The notes beneath the pieces are model-generated. The model did no database searches and was not told the DNA's origin. It saw only the letters and a program-made list of their open reading frames with translations. A stretch of DNA of 64,000 bases from an uncultured Candidatus Saccharibacteria bacterium. GTDB lineage: Bacteria; Patescibacteriota; Minisyncoccia; Phycocordibacterales; CSBR16-119. Position 1 is the stretch's first letter. Every line of letters starts with the position of its first letter. Both the position numbers and the translations under genes were made by a program. Location: NCBI GenBank assembly GCA_964531475.1, contig CAZHCS010000001.1:14712-78711 (forward strand), written 5' to 3'. Below, one piece after another: positions 27,228 to 36,648 of the stretch.

Positions 27228-28241
27228 ATGCAATTCTTCTCGAAAAAAATCGGCATTGATTTGGGGACGGCCAATATCCTGGTTTTCGTGCCTGGCAAAG
27301 GTGTTGTTTTGAACGAGCCGTCAGTTGTCGCCGTGAACGAACAGGACAATAGGATCGTCGCTATCGGCGAAGAGGCCAAGCAGATGATTGGCCGCACGCC
27401 CGACAACATCGTTGCATATCGACCAATGAAAGACGGCGTGATTGCCGACTATCGCGTGACCGAAGCCATGCTTAAATATTTTATCGGCAAAGCTTTGGGT
27501 AAATTTTCGCTCTGGAAGCCAGATGTTATGGTTTCGGTCCCAGCAGGAATCACTTCGACCGAGCGTCGCGCTGTCGTCGAGGCTACTATAAAAGCTGGTG
27601 CAAAGAATGCATATATCGTCAAAGAGCCGATTCTCGCCGCTATCGGCGCGGGCATTCCCATTTATCAGAGTCAGGGCCACATGATTGTCGATATCGGTGG
27701 AGGTACGACCGACGCGGCGGTGATTTCACTCGGCGGCATAGTCGCCTCGAACTCGGTCAAAGTCGCGGGGGATAAAATAGACGCAGCTATTGCTGACTAC
27801 ATTAAAAAAACATTCAACCTCGCTATCGGCGATCGCACGGCCGAACAGGTGAAAATGAAAATAGGAAGCGCGGTACCAATGGAAGAACCGCTCGTCGCCA
27901 CAATCAAAGGCCGCGATTTCGTACAGGGCTTGCCGCGCACGGCGCAGGTCACGACGAATGAGATCGTCAAAGCCATCGACAAAGAATTGCGTGCCATTGT
28001 CAAAGCTATCAAAGACGTCTTGCAAGAAACTCCGCCAGAACTCGCCTCTGATATTATTGATCACGGTATTATTCTAACTGGCGGATCGTCGATGCTGCGC
28101 AATTTGCCCGAGCTTATTTATCAGAAAACTGGTGTCAAAGCCCGCGTTGCTGACGAACCGCTCTACTGCGTCGTGCGGGGGACTGGTGTTGCGCTCGAAC
28201 ATTTGGACACGTACAAACGTTCTATCATTTCAAAACGCTGA
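27228..28241 (+). CDS. mreB: rod shape-determining actin homolog
   Basis: GIDLGTAN, EPSVVA, VDIGGGTT, LTGG. Confidence 0.96.
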   Translation: MQFFSKKIGIDLGTANILVFVPGKGVVLNEPSVVAVNEQDNRIVAIGEEAKQMIGRTPDNIVAYRPMKDGVIADYRVTEAMLKYFIGKALGKFSLWKPDVMVSVPAGITSTERRAVVEATIKAGAKNAYIVKEPILAAIGAGIPIYQSQGHMIVDIGGGTTDAAVISLGGIVASNSVKVAGDKIDAAIADYIKKTFNLAIGDRTAEQVKMKIGSAVPMEEPLVATIKGRDFVQGLPRTAQVTTNEIVKAIDKELRAIVKAIKDVLQETPPELASDIIDHGIILTGGSSMLRNLPELIYQKTGVKARVADEPLYCVVRGTGVALEHLDTYKRSIISKR

Positions 28242-28255
28242 TATACTATAAAGGT

Positions 28256-28921
28256 ATGATCGAAGCACTTGCAAACGGCATCAACCATCACGCCTACTTG
28301 CTTGAAGGCGATATCGAGCCGTCGTACGAGGCACTTTTGAAAACTCTTACCATGCTCGAAGTCGCGACGCTCGGCAATCCGGATCTCTTTATCAAAGACT
28401 ACGAAAACTTGCTCATCGACGACGTTCGCGAGATCAAAGACTTCGAAGCCGAATCTCCTTTTCACAAGCACGGACGCAAGATAGTTATTTTAAAGACGCG
28501 CATGTTTTCCTATCCGGCGCAGAATGCGCTTTTAAAAGTTTTCGAAGAGCCGCGTCCGGGCGTTGTATTTTTTCTAATACTGCCGGATTCGAGCAAACTG
28601 TTTCCGACTCTTCGTTCGCGCTTGTTCGCCGTGTCGGGACGCTTCGCTGCCGATGATCAGTTACGCGAAGACGCCCGGGCTTTCCTCGCGATGGACAAGA
28701 AGCAGCGACTCGAATTCATAAAAGTTTTTACTGATATGGAATCAAAACCGCTCCTCAAAGAAAAGTCGGTAAAGTTTTTAAATTTCCTCGAGAAAGAGAT
28801 TGCAAATGGTAAGGCAGGGGACAAGAAAAAAGCCGAAGAGCTCTATCTTGCCAAGAAATATGTCGGTGACCAGGGTTCAAGCCCAAAGATACTTTTGGAG
28901 CATGTTGCGGTGACGGTGTAG
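28256..28921 (+). CDS. holB: DNA polymerase III delta-prime-like protein
   Basis: HAYLLEG, IDDVREI, AQNALLKVFEEP, PTLRSR. Confidence 0.8.
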   Translation: MIEALANGINHHAYLLEGDIEPSYEALLKTLTMLEVATLGNPDLFIKDYENLLIDDVREIKDFEAESPFHKHGRKIVILKTRMFSYPAQNALLKVFEEPRPGVVFFLILPDSSKLFPTLRSRLFAVSGRFAADDQLREDARAFLAMDKKQRLEFIKVFTDMESKPLLKEKSVKFLNFLEKEIANGKAGDKKKAEELYLAKKYVGDQGSSPKILLEHVAVTV

Positions 28922-28950
28922 GGCGCGTATTTCGGCATATTTTGGGGTAC

Positions 28951-28978
28951 TTGACAAGAATTTCAATCCGTGTATAAT
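28951..28978 (+). promoter_or_regulatory. consensus sigma70 promoter
   Basis: TTGACA-16nt-TATAAT. Confidence 0.8.
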
Positions 28979-29027
28979 ACTTCCGAAACTTCAGAGCAAT
29001 TCCGCCCTGGAGAAAAACCAAAGTTCC

Positions 29028-29543
29028 ATGAAAGTGAAAGCACTGCTGATCGCGGTGGCCCTCGCGGCTATCGCTCCGGTGTCGGCCTCGCCGCCGCCGG
29101 ATAATCCTGAACGCCATTTCTGCTTCGAAGACAAGTTGGACTACGCGATGATCAAGGACGACGCCAGCCCATTCGGCTTCCGCTACAGCACCATGCTGGT
29201 GGTCCTCGAGAACAAGTACAGCGCCGCAACGGCCGTGCTGTCCGCCCCGGACCCCGGGGTGCCGCCCGACGTCGGGTGGAACTGTTCCAGCGATATCATC
29301 TACAGCCAATCCGATTTCAACTTGAACCTCAACAGCAGTTGCCAAGCGGCCGTGATGTGGATGGACCCCGACGTGGGCATCAGCGCATCGCAGAAGTACG
29401 CCTTGGTTGAAGAAAGTGATCAGCAGTTCGGCCCGAGGTGCTCACATGAGAGCGCCGGCCTACCCAGTGCAAGCACCAGTGTGGTGGTGAGCGATGCGCC
29501 CTTGCAGGCGAACGTCGCGCCGCGACCGGTGTGGCGATGTTAG
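29028..29543 (+). CDS. secreted Cys-containing hypothetical protein
   Basis: Signal peptide MKVKALLIAVALAAIAPVSA; visibly GC-richer than its neighbours. Confidence 0.72.
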   Translation: MKVKALLIAVALAAIAPVSASPPPDNPERHFCFEDKLDYAMIKDDASPFGFRYSTMLVVLENKYSAATAVLSAPDPGVPPDVGWNCSSDIIYSQSDFNLNLNSSCQAAVMWMDPDVGISASQKYALVEESDQQFGPRCSHESAGLPSASTSVVVSDAPLQANVAPRPVWRC

Positions 29544-29642
29544 AGCGTCGCCGAAAAGCACGTGTCTGTAGCGCGATTTCCAAGACGAAACTACTAAGTT
29601 TCCAGAGCAAACACTTGGCAGTCAAGCGAAAGACATGTGGAG

Positions 29643-29674
29643 AGCCCCAGCATTCGTACGCTGGGGCTTTTTTC
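29643..29674 (+). terminator. intrinsic terminator
   Basis: AGCCCCAGC..GCTGGGGCT plus T-tract. Confidence 0.85.
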
Positions 29675-29709
29675 TTTTTTAAAAATTATTTTTCTGCTAC
29701 AATTACTCC

Positions 29710-30264
29710 ATGAGTTACAACTTTTCTGCTTTCAAAGACGCTGTTGTTAAGGCGCAAGAATGGCTTGCCAAAGAATACGCGAGCCTGCACACCGGCCAGG
29801 CGAGCCCAAACGTCTTGGACGGTATCTTTGTCGATTCTTACGGCACCAAGCAGCCGCTTCGTAACGTTGCGTCCATTTCCATCGAAGATCCAAAAACACT
29901 TCGCGTCGTACCGTGGGATAAGCAGCAGGTCAAAGAAATAGAAAAAGAAATCATTACCTCGGACCTCGGGCTTTCGGTCGCTGTTGATCAGACAGGCATG
30001 CGCGTTATCTTCCCAATGCTCACGACAGAAAACCGCGAGAAATTGGTAAAGATAGTCAAAGCAAAGCTTGAAGACGCGCGCGTGACTATTAAAAAAAATA
30101 GGGAAGACGTTGTTCGTGATATAGACCGCGCTGCGCGCGAAGGCGGCATGTCCGAAGACGAAAAACTGCGCGCCAAAGAAGAGCTACAGAAATTAGTTGA
30201 CGACGGCAACGCAAAACTTGAAGAGCTTTTCCGCGCCAAAGAGTCGGTGGTCATGGGCAAATAA
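29710..30264 (+). CDS. frr: ribosome recycling factor
   Basis: TGQASP, PWDK, LTTENR..LVK, SEDE. Confidence 0.95.
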   Translation: MSYNFSAFKDAVVKAQEWLAKEYASLHTGQASPNVLDGIFVDSYGTKQPLRNVASISIEDPKTLRVVPWDKQQVKEIEKEIITSDLGLSVAVDQTGMRVIFPMLTTENREKLVKIVKAKLEDARVTIKKNREDVVRDIDRAAREGGMSEDEKLRAKEELQKLVDDGNAKLEELFRAKESVVMGK

Positions 30265-30267
30265 TCT

Positions 30268-31359
30268 GTGTCGATTATCCTTTTCATTTTTATATTGGCC
30301 GTTCTTATTATCGTGCATGAGTACGGGCACTTTATTGTGGCTAAAAAGGGCGGTATTCGCGTCGACGAATTCGGACTCGGATTCGGCCCGCGGCTTGCTC
30401 GACTTTTTCGTAGAAAAGGAACTGACTTTACTTTGAACGCGCTTCCGTTTGGGGGCTTCGTCAAGATTTATGGCGAAAATCCCGACGACGTTGATCCAGA
30501 CAGTCTCGATCGCAAGCGTTCGCTTGCGGCCAAACCTAGGTGGCTTCAGGCGCTAGTGCTTTTTGCCGGACCTTTCATGAATTTTTTCTTCGCGTGGCTA
30601 GTCATTTTGGTGAGCCTGTGGATTGGACTACCGACAACGATTGGCGACAATATGGACAGTCGGTTCGTATATGAAGAGTCTTCTATAGTGACGCAAGTCA
30701 TGCCGGGTTCTCCAGCCGAAATTTCTGGCCTTCGTCCGGGAGACAAGATTTCGACAATAATTATTGATGACGCCGCACCTCTTGAACATGTCGACGCAAA
30801 AACTTTGCGCGAACTTGTCTTGGAAAATCCTGATGGGACATTTACTCTTACTATTGATAGTGAAATGCCAAAGACACACACACTCGTACCGACAGATATC
30901 GGCGGTGAAAAGCTTCTTGGCGTCGGCATTAATACTTTTGGTATATATAGACCAGGAATTTGGCGTGGCTTCGTCGAAAGTTTCCGATTCACCGGTATCA
31001 TGATCGCCGGCATTGCCGATGCGTTGCTTGATTTGGTTGTCGGGGCATTCCGCGGTACAGCTGATATTTCAAATCTATCTGGCCCGATAGGTATTGTAGG
31101 CATGGTTGGTGACGCCAGTCGCATGGGGCTAGTATATATATTGTCTTTTGTGGCGATAATTTCTATCAATTTGGGAGTTATAAATCTCATACCTTTTCCA
31201 GCGCTTGATGGGGGACGACTACTATTTTTACTTATCGAAAAAGTCATCGGCAGGCGACTAAATTCTGGCGTTGTAAACATGGTCAACGTTGTTGGTTTCG
31301 GGTTACTGATACTTCTTATGGTTTTTGTTAGTTATCAGGACGTCATGAGGCTTCTCTAG
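30268..31359 (+). CDS. rseP: RIP metalloprotease with PDZ domain
   Basis: HEYGH, PFGGFV, AGPFMN, NLIPFPALDGG. Confidence 0.95.
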   Translation: MSIILFIFILAVLIIVHEYGHFIVAKKGGIRVDEFGLGFGPRLARLFRRKGTDFTLNALPFGGFVKIYGENPDDVDPDSLDRKRSLAAKPRWLQALVLFAGPFMNFFFAWLVILVSLWIGLPTTIGDNMDSRFVYEESSIVTQVMPGSPAEISGLRPGDKISTIIIDDAAPLEHVDAKTLRELVLENPDGTFTLTIDSEMPKTHTLVPTDIGGEKLLGVGINTFGIYRPGIWRGFVESFRFTGIMIAGIADALLDLVVGAFRGTADISNLSGPIGIVGMVGDASRMGLVYILSFVAIISINLGVINLIPFPALDGGRLLFLLIEKVIGRRLNSGVVNMVNVVGFGLLILLMVFVSYQDVMRLL

Positions 31360-31457
31360 GGCCACTTGACAACTATTTGACACTAAAATGGATTGATGAT
31401 AGTATGGGGCTACACATGACGGGCCTCCGGGCCTTATTTATCAAGTAATAGAGATAC

Positions 31458-32486
31458 ATGGCAATTATTTCATTCCGACCAAAACAGGTCAGCAAAAAAC
31501 TCCTATCCGTTCTCAAGGACAGGTCGTTCGACGTTATCGCCAACCGCTACGGTTTGACAGACGACAGCGAACGCAAGACGCTCGAGGCTATCGGCGGCAA
31601 ATACGGAATTACTCGCGAACGTGTTCGTCAGATCGAGAATGCGGCGCTTGCTTCCATTAGAAAGTCCAAAGAAATGGAAGAGTCGAAAGAGGTTTTCGAC
31701 GAACTTCGCACTGTCCTAAATGGTCTTGGCGTTGTTGTAGAAGAAGACGAACTTCTCTCTCATATTGCCAAGGACAAGGCTACTCAGAATCACGTGCATT
31801 TGTACCTTGTTTTGGGTGACGAATTCACAAAGCATAAAGAAGATGATGACTTCAGAGCACGATGGTCTCTTTCACACGACGTCGTGGATCGTGTTCACGA
31901 AGCACTTGAAAAACTCTACTCCTCTCTTGGTGACGACGAACTTGTGACCGAGACAAAAATCATCGAAAAGTTTTTGAGCCATGTCAAAGACTTGTCGGAA
32001 GAACAGCGCGATGAAGAGATAATCCGTCGCTGGCTTCGCTTGTCGAAAAATATCGGCAAGAACCCGCTTCACGAGTGGGGACGCGCCGATTCTAAAAACG
32101 TCAAAACGCGCGGCGTCAAGGACTACACGTACCTCGTCATGCGCAAGCACGGCGAACCGATGCACTTCCGTGAAGTCGCCGAAGCCATCACCAAAACTTT
32201 CAACCGAAAGACTTTGGCGGCCACTACGCATAACGAACTCATCAAGGACCCTCGTTTCGTTCTCGTTGGCCGAGGTCGCTACGCTTTGAAGGAATGGGGA
32301 TACAAGCCTGGAATTGTTCGTGAAGTTATTGCTTCGATCATCAAAGAAAATGGTCCGATGACCAAAGACGAGATCGTCGACGCAGTTTTGAAGGAACGAT
32401 TCTTGAAGCGAAACACCATCTTGGTCAACCTCCACAACGCAAAATATTTCAAGAAGACCAAAGACGGCAAATATACGAACGCGTAA
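31458..32486 (+). CDS. sigma70 region-4 / winged-helix (HARE-HTH-like) protein
   Basis: TLEAIG..YGITRERVRQIE; PMHFREV; FVLVGRGRYALKEWG. Confidence 0.8.
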   Translation: MAIISFRPKQVSKKLLSVLKDRSFDVIANRYGLTDDSERKTLEAIGGKYGITRERVRQIENAALASIRKSKEMEESKEVFDELRTVLNGLGVVVEEDELLSHIAKDKATQNHVHLYLVLGDEFTKHKEDDDFRARWSLSHDVVDRVHEALEKLYSSLGDDELVTETKIIEKFLSHVKDLSEEQRDEEIIRRWLRLSKNIGKNPLHEWGRADSKNVKTRGVKDYTYLVMRKHGEPMHFREVAEAITKTFNRKTLAATTHNELIKDPRFVLVGRGRYALKEWGYKPGIVREVIASIIKENGPMTKDEIVDAVLKERFLKRNTILVNLHNAKYFKKTKDGKYTNA

Positions 32487-32496
32487 AGAAACTCAC

Positions 32497-32529
32497 AAAA
32501 GCCGCGCGCCGAAAGGCGCGCGGCTTTTG
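32497..32529. terminator. intrinsic terminator
   Basis: AAAAGCCGCGCGCC-GAAA-GGCGCGCGGCTTTT. Confidence 0.85.
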
Positions 32530-32550
32530 TCTTGATGCTATAATATTTCC

Positions 32551-33795
32551 ATGTTCCCAGGAATGGAGGCTATAACTTTGCCGACAGCCGAGATTATCGA
32601 GCGTTCACTCTCGCTCATTTTGTATTTGGCGCCATTACTTCTTATACCGCTTGGCTGGCGACTTTGGGTTGAGCATAGAAACGCGGACTGGATCTCGAAT
32701 ATAAAATGGATACTAATAGAAGTTAAAATCCCGCGTGATATTTACAAGTCGCCACAAGCCATGGAAATGGCACTTGGCAACGCACTTCTTCAGGGCGGCG
32801 GTGTCGGTGAGCGCTATAAGCGATATTGGGAGGGCAGGGTACTTTTTTGGTTTTCACTCGAAATTATTTCTACCGAAGGTGACATACATTTTTATATTCG
32901 TGCGCCAAAGCAGTTTAGGAACGTGATTGAGAGTCAGATTTACGCTCAGTATCCCGAAGCCGAAATAGGCGAGGTCGCTGACTACACGCTGCCAGTGCTC
33001 GCTTCTATGCGCGAAGAAGAGTGGGCTATGTGGGGCACCGAATTCAAGTGCACAAAAGAAGAGGCTTATCCTATCCGAACATATGCCGACTTCGGACTCG
33101 ACAAGCCTATATCCAAAGCCGAAGACGCAGCCGGATTAATCGATCCAATAACCCCACAGATTGAGTGGATGGGTACAATGAAGAAAGACGAGCATGTTTG
33201 GTTTCAAATCATCGTGCGCGCATCCAAAGACAGTTTTTCGACGGGTGGCTTGTTTCCGAAAAAAGTTGATTGGAAAACCCGTGCAAAAAATGTCATTAAA
33301 GAGATCCAGGAAAAATATGACTCAACAGACTCGATTGAGCTTTTGGGTAAGCGCCTGAAAATGTCCAAGACCGAGCAAGAAGCTATTGCGGCTATTGAGC
33401 GTAGTCTAAGTAAACCAGCTTTTGATATAGGAATGCGCGCCATATATTTGGCCAAGAAGCCAGCATTTCGTGGGGAAAATATCACAGGTCTTACCATGAT
33501 GTTGCGACAATACGGCTCTGGACATTTGAACAGTTTTGCGCCGACGCGCTCGACGGACTTTCCAAATCCATGGGATGACCCATCAGGAAAGAAAAAGCTC
33601 GAGCTAAAAAGGAACATGCTCCATGCGTACATCGACCGAGGCTGGTTTTATCCGCCGCACAAGCGTCCGCATTTTGTTTTGACATCAGAAGAGCTCGCTA
33701 CGGTATTTCATTTTCCTGGTCGTGTTTCGACTACGCCTACGTTCAAGAGAATCGAGTCAAAAAAATCCGAACCTCCAGTCAATTTGCCTGTCTAA
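32551..33795 (+). CDS. conserved CPR-type membrane-anchored hypothetical protein
   Basis: FSLEI, IYAQYP.AEI, LTSEELATVFHFP, EPPVNLP. Confidence 0.8.
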   Translation: MFPGMEAITLPTAEIIERSLSLILYLAPLLLIPLGWRLWVEHRNADWISNIKWILIEVKIPRDIYKSPQAMEMALGNALLQGGGVGERYKRYWEGRVLFWFSLEIISTEGDIHFYIRAPKQFRNVIESQIYAQYPEAEIGEVADYTLPVLASMREEEWAMWGTEFKCTKEEAYPIRTYADFGLDKPISKAEDAAGLIDPITPQIEWMGTMKKDEHVWFQIIVRASKDSFSTGGLFPKKVDWKTRAKNVIKEIQEKYDSTDSIELLGKRLKMSKTEQEAIAAIERSLSKPAFDIGMRAIYLAKKPAFRGENITGLTMMLRQYGSGHLNSFAPTRSTDFPNPWDDPSGKKKLELKRNMLHAYIDRGWFYPPHKRPHFVLTSEELATVFHFPGRVSTTPTFKRIESKKSEPPVNLPV

Positions 33796-33798
33796 ACC

Positions 33799-34788
33799 AT
33801 GTACGACTTTATTTCGCCCGAACCTATCGATCGTCCGCGTTCTCGTTGGAAACGCGTGCTTGCCATAGGATTGATCATAATCGGAGGCATTGCTCTTGGA
33901 CAAGCATTTACACCACCTTCGGCCTTTCCGGCTGACACGGTTATTACAATCGAACAAGGTCAGAGTCTCGGCTCGATCGCGCGCAACTTTGAAGACAAGG
34001 GGCTAGTCCGTTCGGCCGGTATTTTTGAAACACTTGTTGTTTTGGTCGAAGGAGACAGGGGTATTGCGGCCGGTGATTATGTTTTTGAAGTTCCGGTCAA
34101 TGCTCTTGAACTTGCGCGGCGCGTCACTGGTTCGGACTTTGGTATAGGCAAGATTTCGGTGACCCTGCCGGAAGGTTTGACTATTGCCGAGATGGCTAGC
34201 GTGCTCGACGCCAAGCTCTCTAATTTTGATGCGGCAGCATTTGTGTCCGCAGCAAAACCTTCAGAAGGGTATCTTTTTCCTGACACGTATTATTTTTTTG
34301 CCACAACCGATGCGCCCAAGGCGATCGAAATGCTCAAGAAAACTTTTGATAAAAAGGTGACGCGCGGACTTGCGGCGGATTTCGCCGTAAGTCCGCGCGC
34401 TATGACGGACATAATTATTATGTCTTCTATTGTCGAGGCCGAAGCGCATGGTTCCTACGAAGAGAAGCGCATGATTGCTGGCATTTTGTGGAAACGCCTA
34501 GATGAGAAAATGCGCCTACAGGTAGACGCCACGCTTGCATACGTGACAGGGCGCGGCTCTGCCGAGCTTACTATTGCCGATCTTGAAGATGATCATCCTT
34601 ACAACACTTACACACGTTTTGGGCTCCCGCCGACGCCTATCGGCAATCCCGGACTCGACTCTATTCGTGCTGCGCTTGATCCCAAGCCTTCAGAATACTA
34701 CTTTTATCTCCATGACAAAGATGGTACGATACGATACGCGAAAAATTTTGAAGAGCACAAGAAAAACATCGCAACATATTTGAAATAA
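33799..34788 (+). CDS. mltG: endolytic transglycosylase
   Basis: EGYLFPDTY, SIVEAE, LQVDAT, YNTY..GLPPTPIGNPG. Confidence 0.95.
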   Translation: MYDFISPEPIDRPRSRWKRVLAIGLIIIGGIALGQAFTPPSAFPADTVITIEQGQSLGSIARNFEDKGLVRSAGIFETLVVLVEGDRGIAAGDYVFEVPVNALELARRVTGSDFGIGKISVTLPEGLTIAEMASVLDAKLSNFDAAAFVSAAKPSEGYLFPDTYYFFATTDAPKAIEMLKKTFDKKVTRGLAADFAVSPRAMTDIIIMSSIVEAEAHGSYEEKRMIAGILWKRLDEKMRLQVDATLAYVTGRGSAELTIADLEDDHPYNTYTRFGLPPTPIGNPGLDSIRAALDPKPSEYYFYLHDKDGTIRYAKNFEEHKKNIATYLK

Positions 34789-34792
34789 TCAC

Positions 34793-35338
34793 ATGCGCAA
34801 ACACAACCTTGCATTCGTTGATATTGAAACGACTGGATTTGATCGAGAAAAACACGAGATTATCGAGCTCGGACTTGTTTTAGTTCGCCAAAAAGGTGAT
34901 CTTGGAAAAGATTTTGAAATCATCGAAGAGGTTGAATATAAGATTAGGCCAGAACATATCGAAACCGCTGATCCGCAATCTCTAAAAGTAAACGGTTACG
35001 AGCCTGGCGCCTGGATTTTCGCGAGTTCTCTTGCCGACGTAATGAAGGCTTTTGCTGAAAAAACAAAAGATGCGATATTTGTTGCGCACAATCTTACTTT
35101 TGACTATTCGTTCATCGAGCGCGCATTTGAAAAGACTGGCGTCGAAAACAAACTCTTTTATCCCAAGCTCGACACTATTTCCATGGCCTATGCCAAACTC
35201 CACGCTAATCCGCTTGTCGACAAATTTCGTTTGCAGAAATTATGCGAATATTTTGGCGTAGAAAATGCCAAGGCTCACACCGCTCTCGCTGATGCCCGCG
35301 CCCTCTTCGAGGTTTATCAAAAACTGATGCAGTTGTAA
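34793..35338 (+). CDS. DEDDh 3'-5' exonuclease (DnaQ-like)
   Basis: VDIETTG, AHNLTFD, HTALADA. Confidence 0.9.
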   Translation: MRKHNLAFVDIETTGFDREKHEIIELGLVLVRQKGDLGKDFEIIEEVEYKIRPEHIETADPQSLKVNGYEPGAWIFASSLADVMKAFAEKTKDAIFVAHNLTFDYSFIERAFEKTGVENKLFYPKLDTISMAYAKLHANPLVDKFRLQKLCEYFGVENAKAHTALADARALFEVYQKLMQL

Positions 35339-35377
35339 GTGCTTCCAAATTATCGCTTTTTGTTCTAGAGTGTCCGC

Positions 35378-36448
35378 ATGGGTGAAGTGCGCAAGAAAAA
35401 GGTATTCGTCGGCGTTTCGGGCGGAGTGGATAGCTCTGTGTCTTTGGCGCTCCTGCGAGACCAAGGCTATGACGTTGTTGGTTGCTTCATAAAGACCTGG
35501 CAGCCGGATTTTGTCACTTGCACATGGAAAGAAGAGCGCCGAGATGCTATGCGCGTATGCGCCAAACTAGGTGTCCCGTTTGTCATGATTGATGCAGAAG
35601 CCGCTTATCGTGACCACGTCGGTAAATATTTCATCGACGAATACAAGGCTGGCCGGACACCTAATCCCGACGTAATGTGCAATCGCGAAATAAAGTTCGG
35701 TATTTTTTTGGATTACGCGCTCGCGCACGGAGCCGACTACGTAGCCACGGGTCACTATGCGCAAACGGAAGCAGTAAACAACAAGCATTACTTACTAAGG
35801 GCGGGGAAAGACGAGGCAAAGGACCAGAGTTATTTTTTGTGGACGCTCACACAAGAACAACTATCAAAAATAATATTTCCCATTGGACATCTGCAAAAAT
35901 CAGAAGTCCGTAAGATTGCTGCAAAATATGATTTATTGACGGCAACTAAAAAAGATTCACAAGGCGTTTGTTTTTTAGGACCAATCGATATGAAAGAATT
36001 TCTCGCACACTATATCGACAAAAAACGCGGAGACGTTCTCGATGTAGATGGAAATGTCATTGGTTATCATGACGGCGCGCTATTTTTCACGCTCGGTGAA
36101 CGCCACGGTTTTATTATTACAAAAAAAGGTAGCGACGATACTCGGCTATACGTCGTTGACCGCAATCTTGCTGACAATACTATTACGGTCGCTGGTCGAG
36201 GTCCGACCTCGACCAGAGGCTTGCGGACCGAGATACGGATTGAAAATTGGAATTGGATCCAAAAACCAGAAAATGGCAAGATTTATGGGGCCCGTATTCG
36301 CTACCAACAACCCCTTCAGGCGTGCCGTGTAGAGGGCGAGATGGTCATATTTGATCAACCGCAGGAAGCCGCGGCGCCTGGGCAGTCGTGTGTCGTTTAT
36401 GATGCAGGAGTTTTGATAGGGGGAGGTATTGTAGGCCGTAGCTCTTGA
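35378..36448 (+). CDS. mnmA: tRNA 2-thiouridylase
   Basis: SGGVDS, TPNPDVMCN, ATGHY, KDQSYFL, DSQGVCF, PGQ. Confidence 0.97.
   Translation: MGEVRKKKVFVGVSGGVDSSVSLALLRDQGYDVVGCFIKTWQPDFVTCTWKEERRDAMRVCAKLGVPFVMIDAEAAYRDHVGKYFIDEYKAGRTPNPDVMCNREIKFGIFLDYALAHGADYVATGHYAQTEAVNNKHYLLRAGKDEAKDQSYFLWTLTQEQLSKIIFPIGHLQKSEVRKIAAKYDLLTATKKDSQGVCFLGPIDMKEFLAHYIDKKRGDVLDVDGNVIGYHDGALFFTLGERHGFIITKKGSDDTRLYVVDRNLADNTITVAGRGPTSTRGLRTEIRIENWNWIQKPENGKIYGARIRYQQPLQACRVEGEMVIFDQPQEAAAPGQSCVVYDAGVLIGGGIVGRSS
36192..36216. repeat. 25-bp palindrome CTGGTCGAGGTCCGACCTCGACCAG in frame in mnmA
   Basis: Reads AGRGPTSTR; core shared with 24762-24784. Confidence 0.8.
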
Positions 36449-36623
36449 CAAAATTTTCAAAAGCCGTAGGATACCTCGTAGGTGCAGTGTGCGTTGGCAT
36501 GCTGAAGGTGCGGGCGGGCGTGTTTTTGCCGAATGTGAAGTTGAAAATAGTGAAGTTGTCGGATTTTTACGCTGACAGACCCAAACCTTACAACCCTCGC
36601 CCATCAGCGGGGGTTGTTTCTTT
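36445..36623 (+). ncRNA. candidate small RNA unit (promoter, about 140 nt, terminator)
   Basis: TTGACA-16nt-TAGGAT; hairpins; terminator ACAACCCTCGC/GCGGGGGTTGT plus TTCTTT. Confidence 0.4.
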
Positions 36624-36648
36624 GGGGCTATGCCGTATACTAAATGCC

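Noticed and set aside
36445-36648. 68-aa N-terminal extension of AlaS, or a T-box leader
   Set aside because: AlaS homology starts at MESAVIR, a -10 and a terminator precede it, and no T-box consensus is present.
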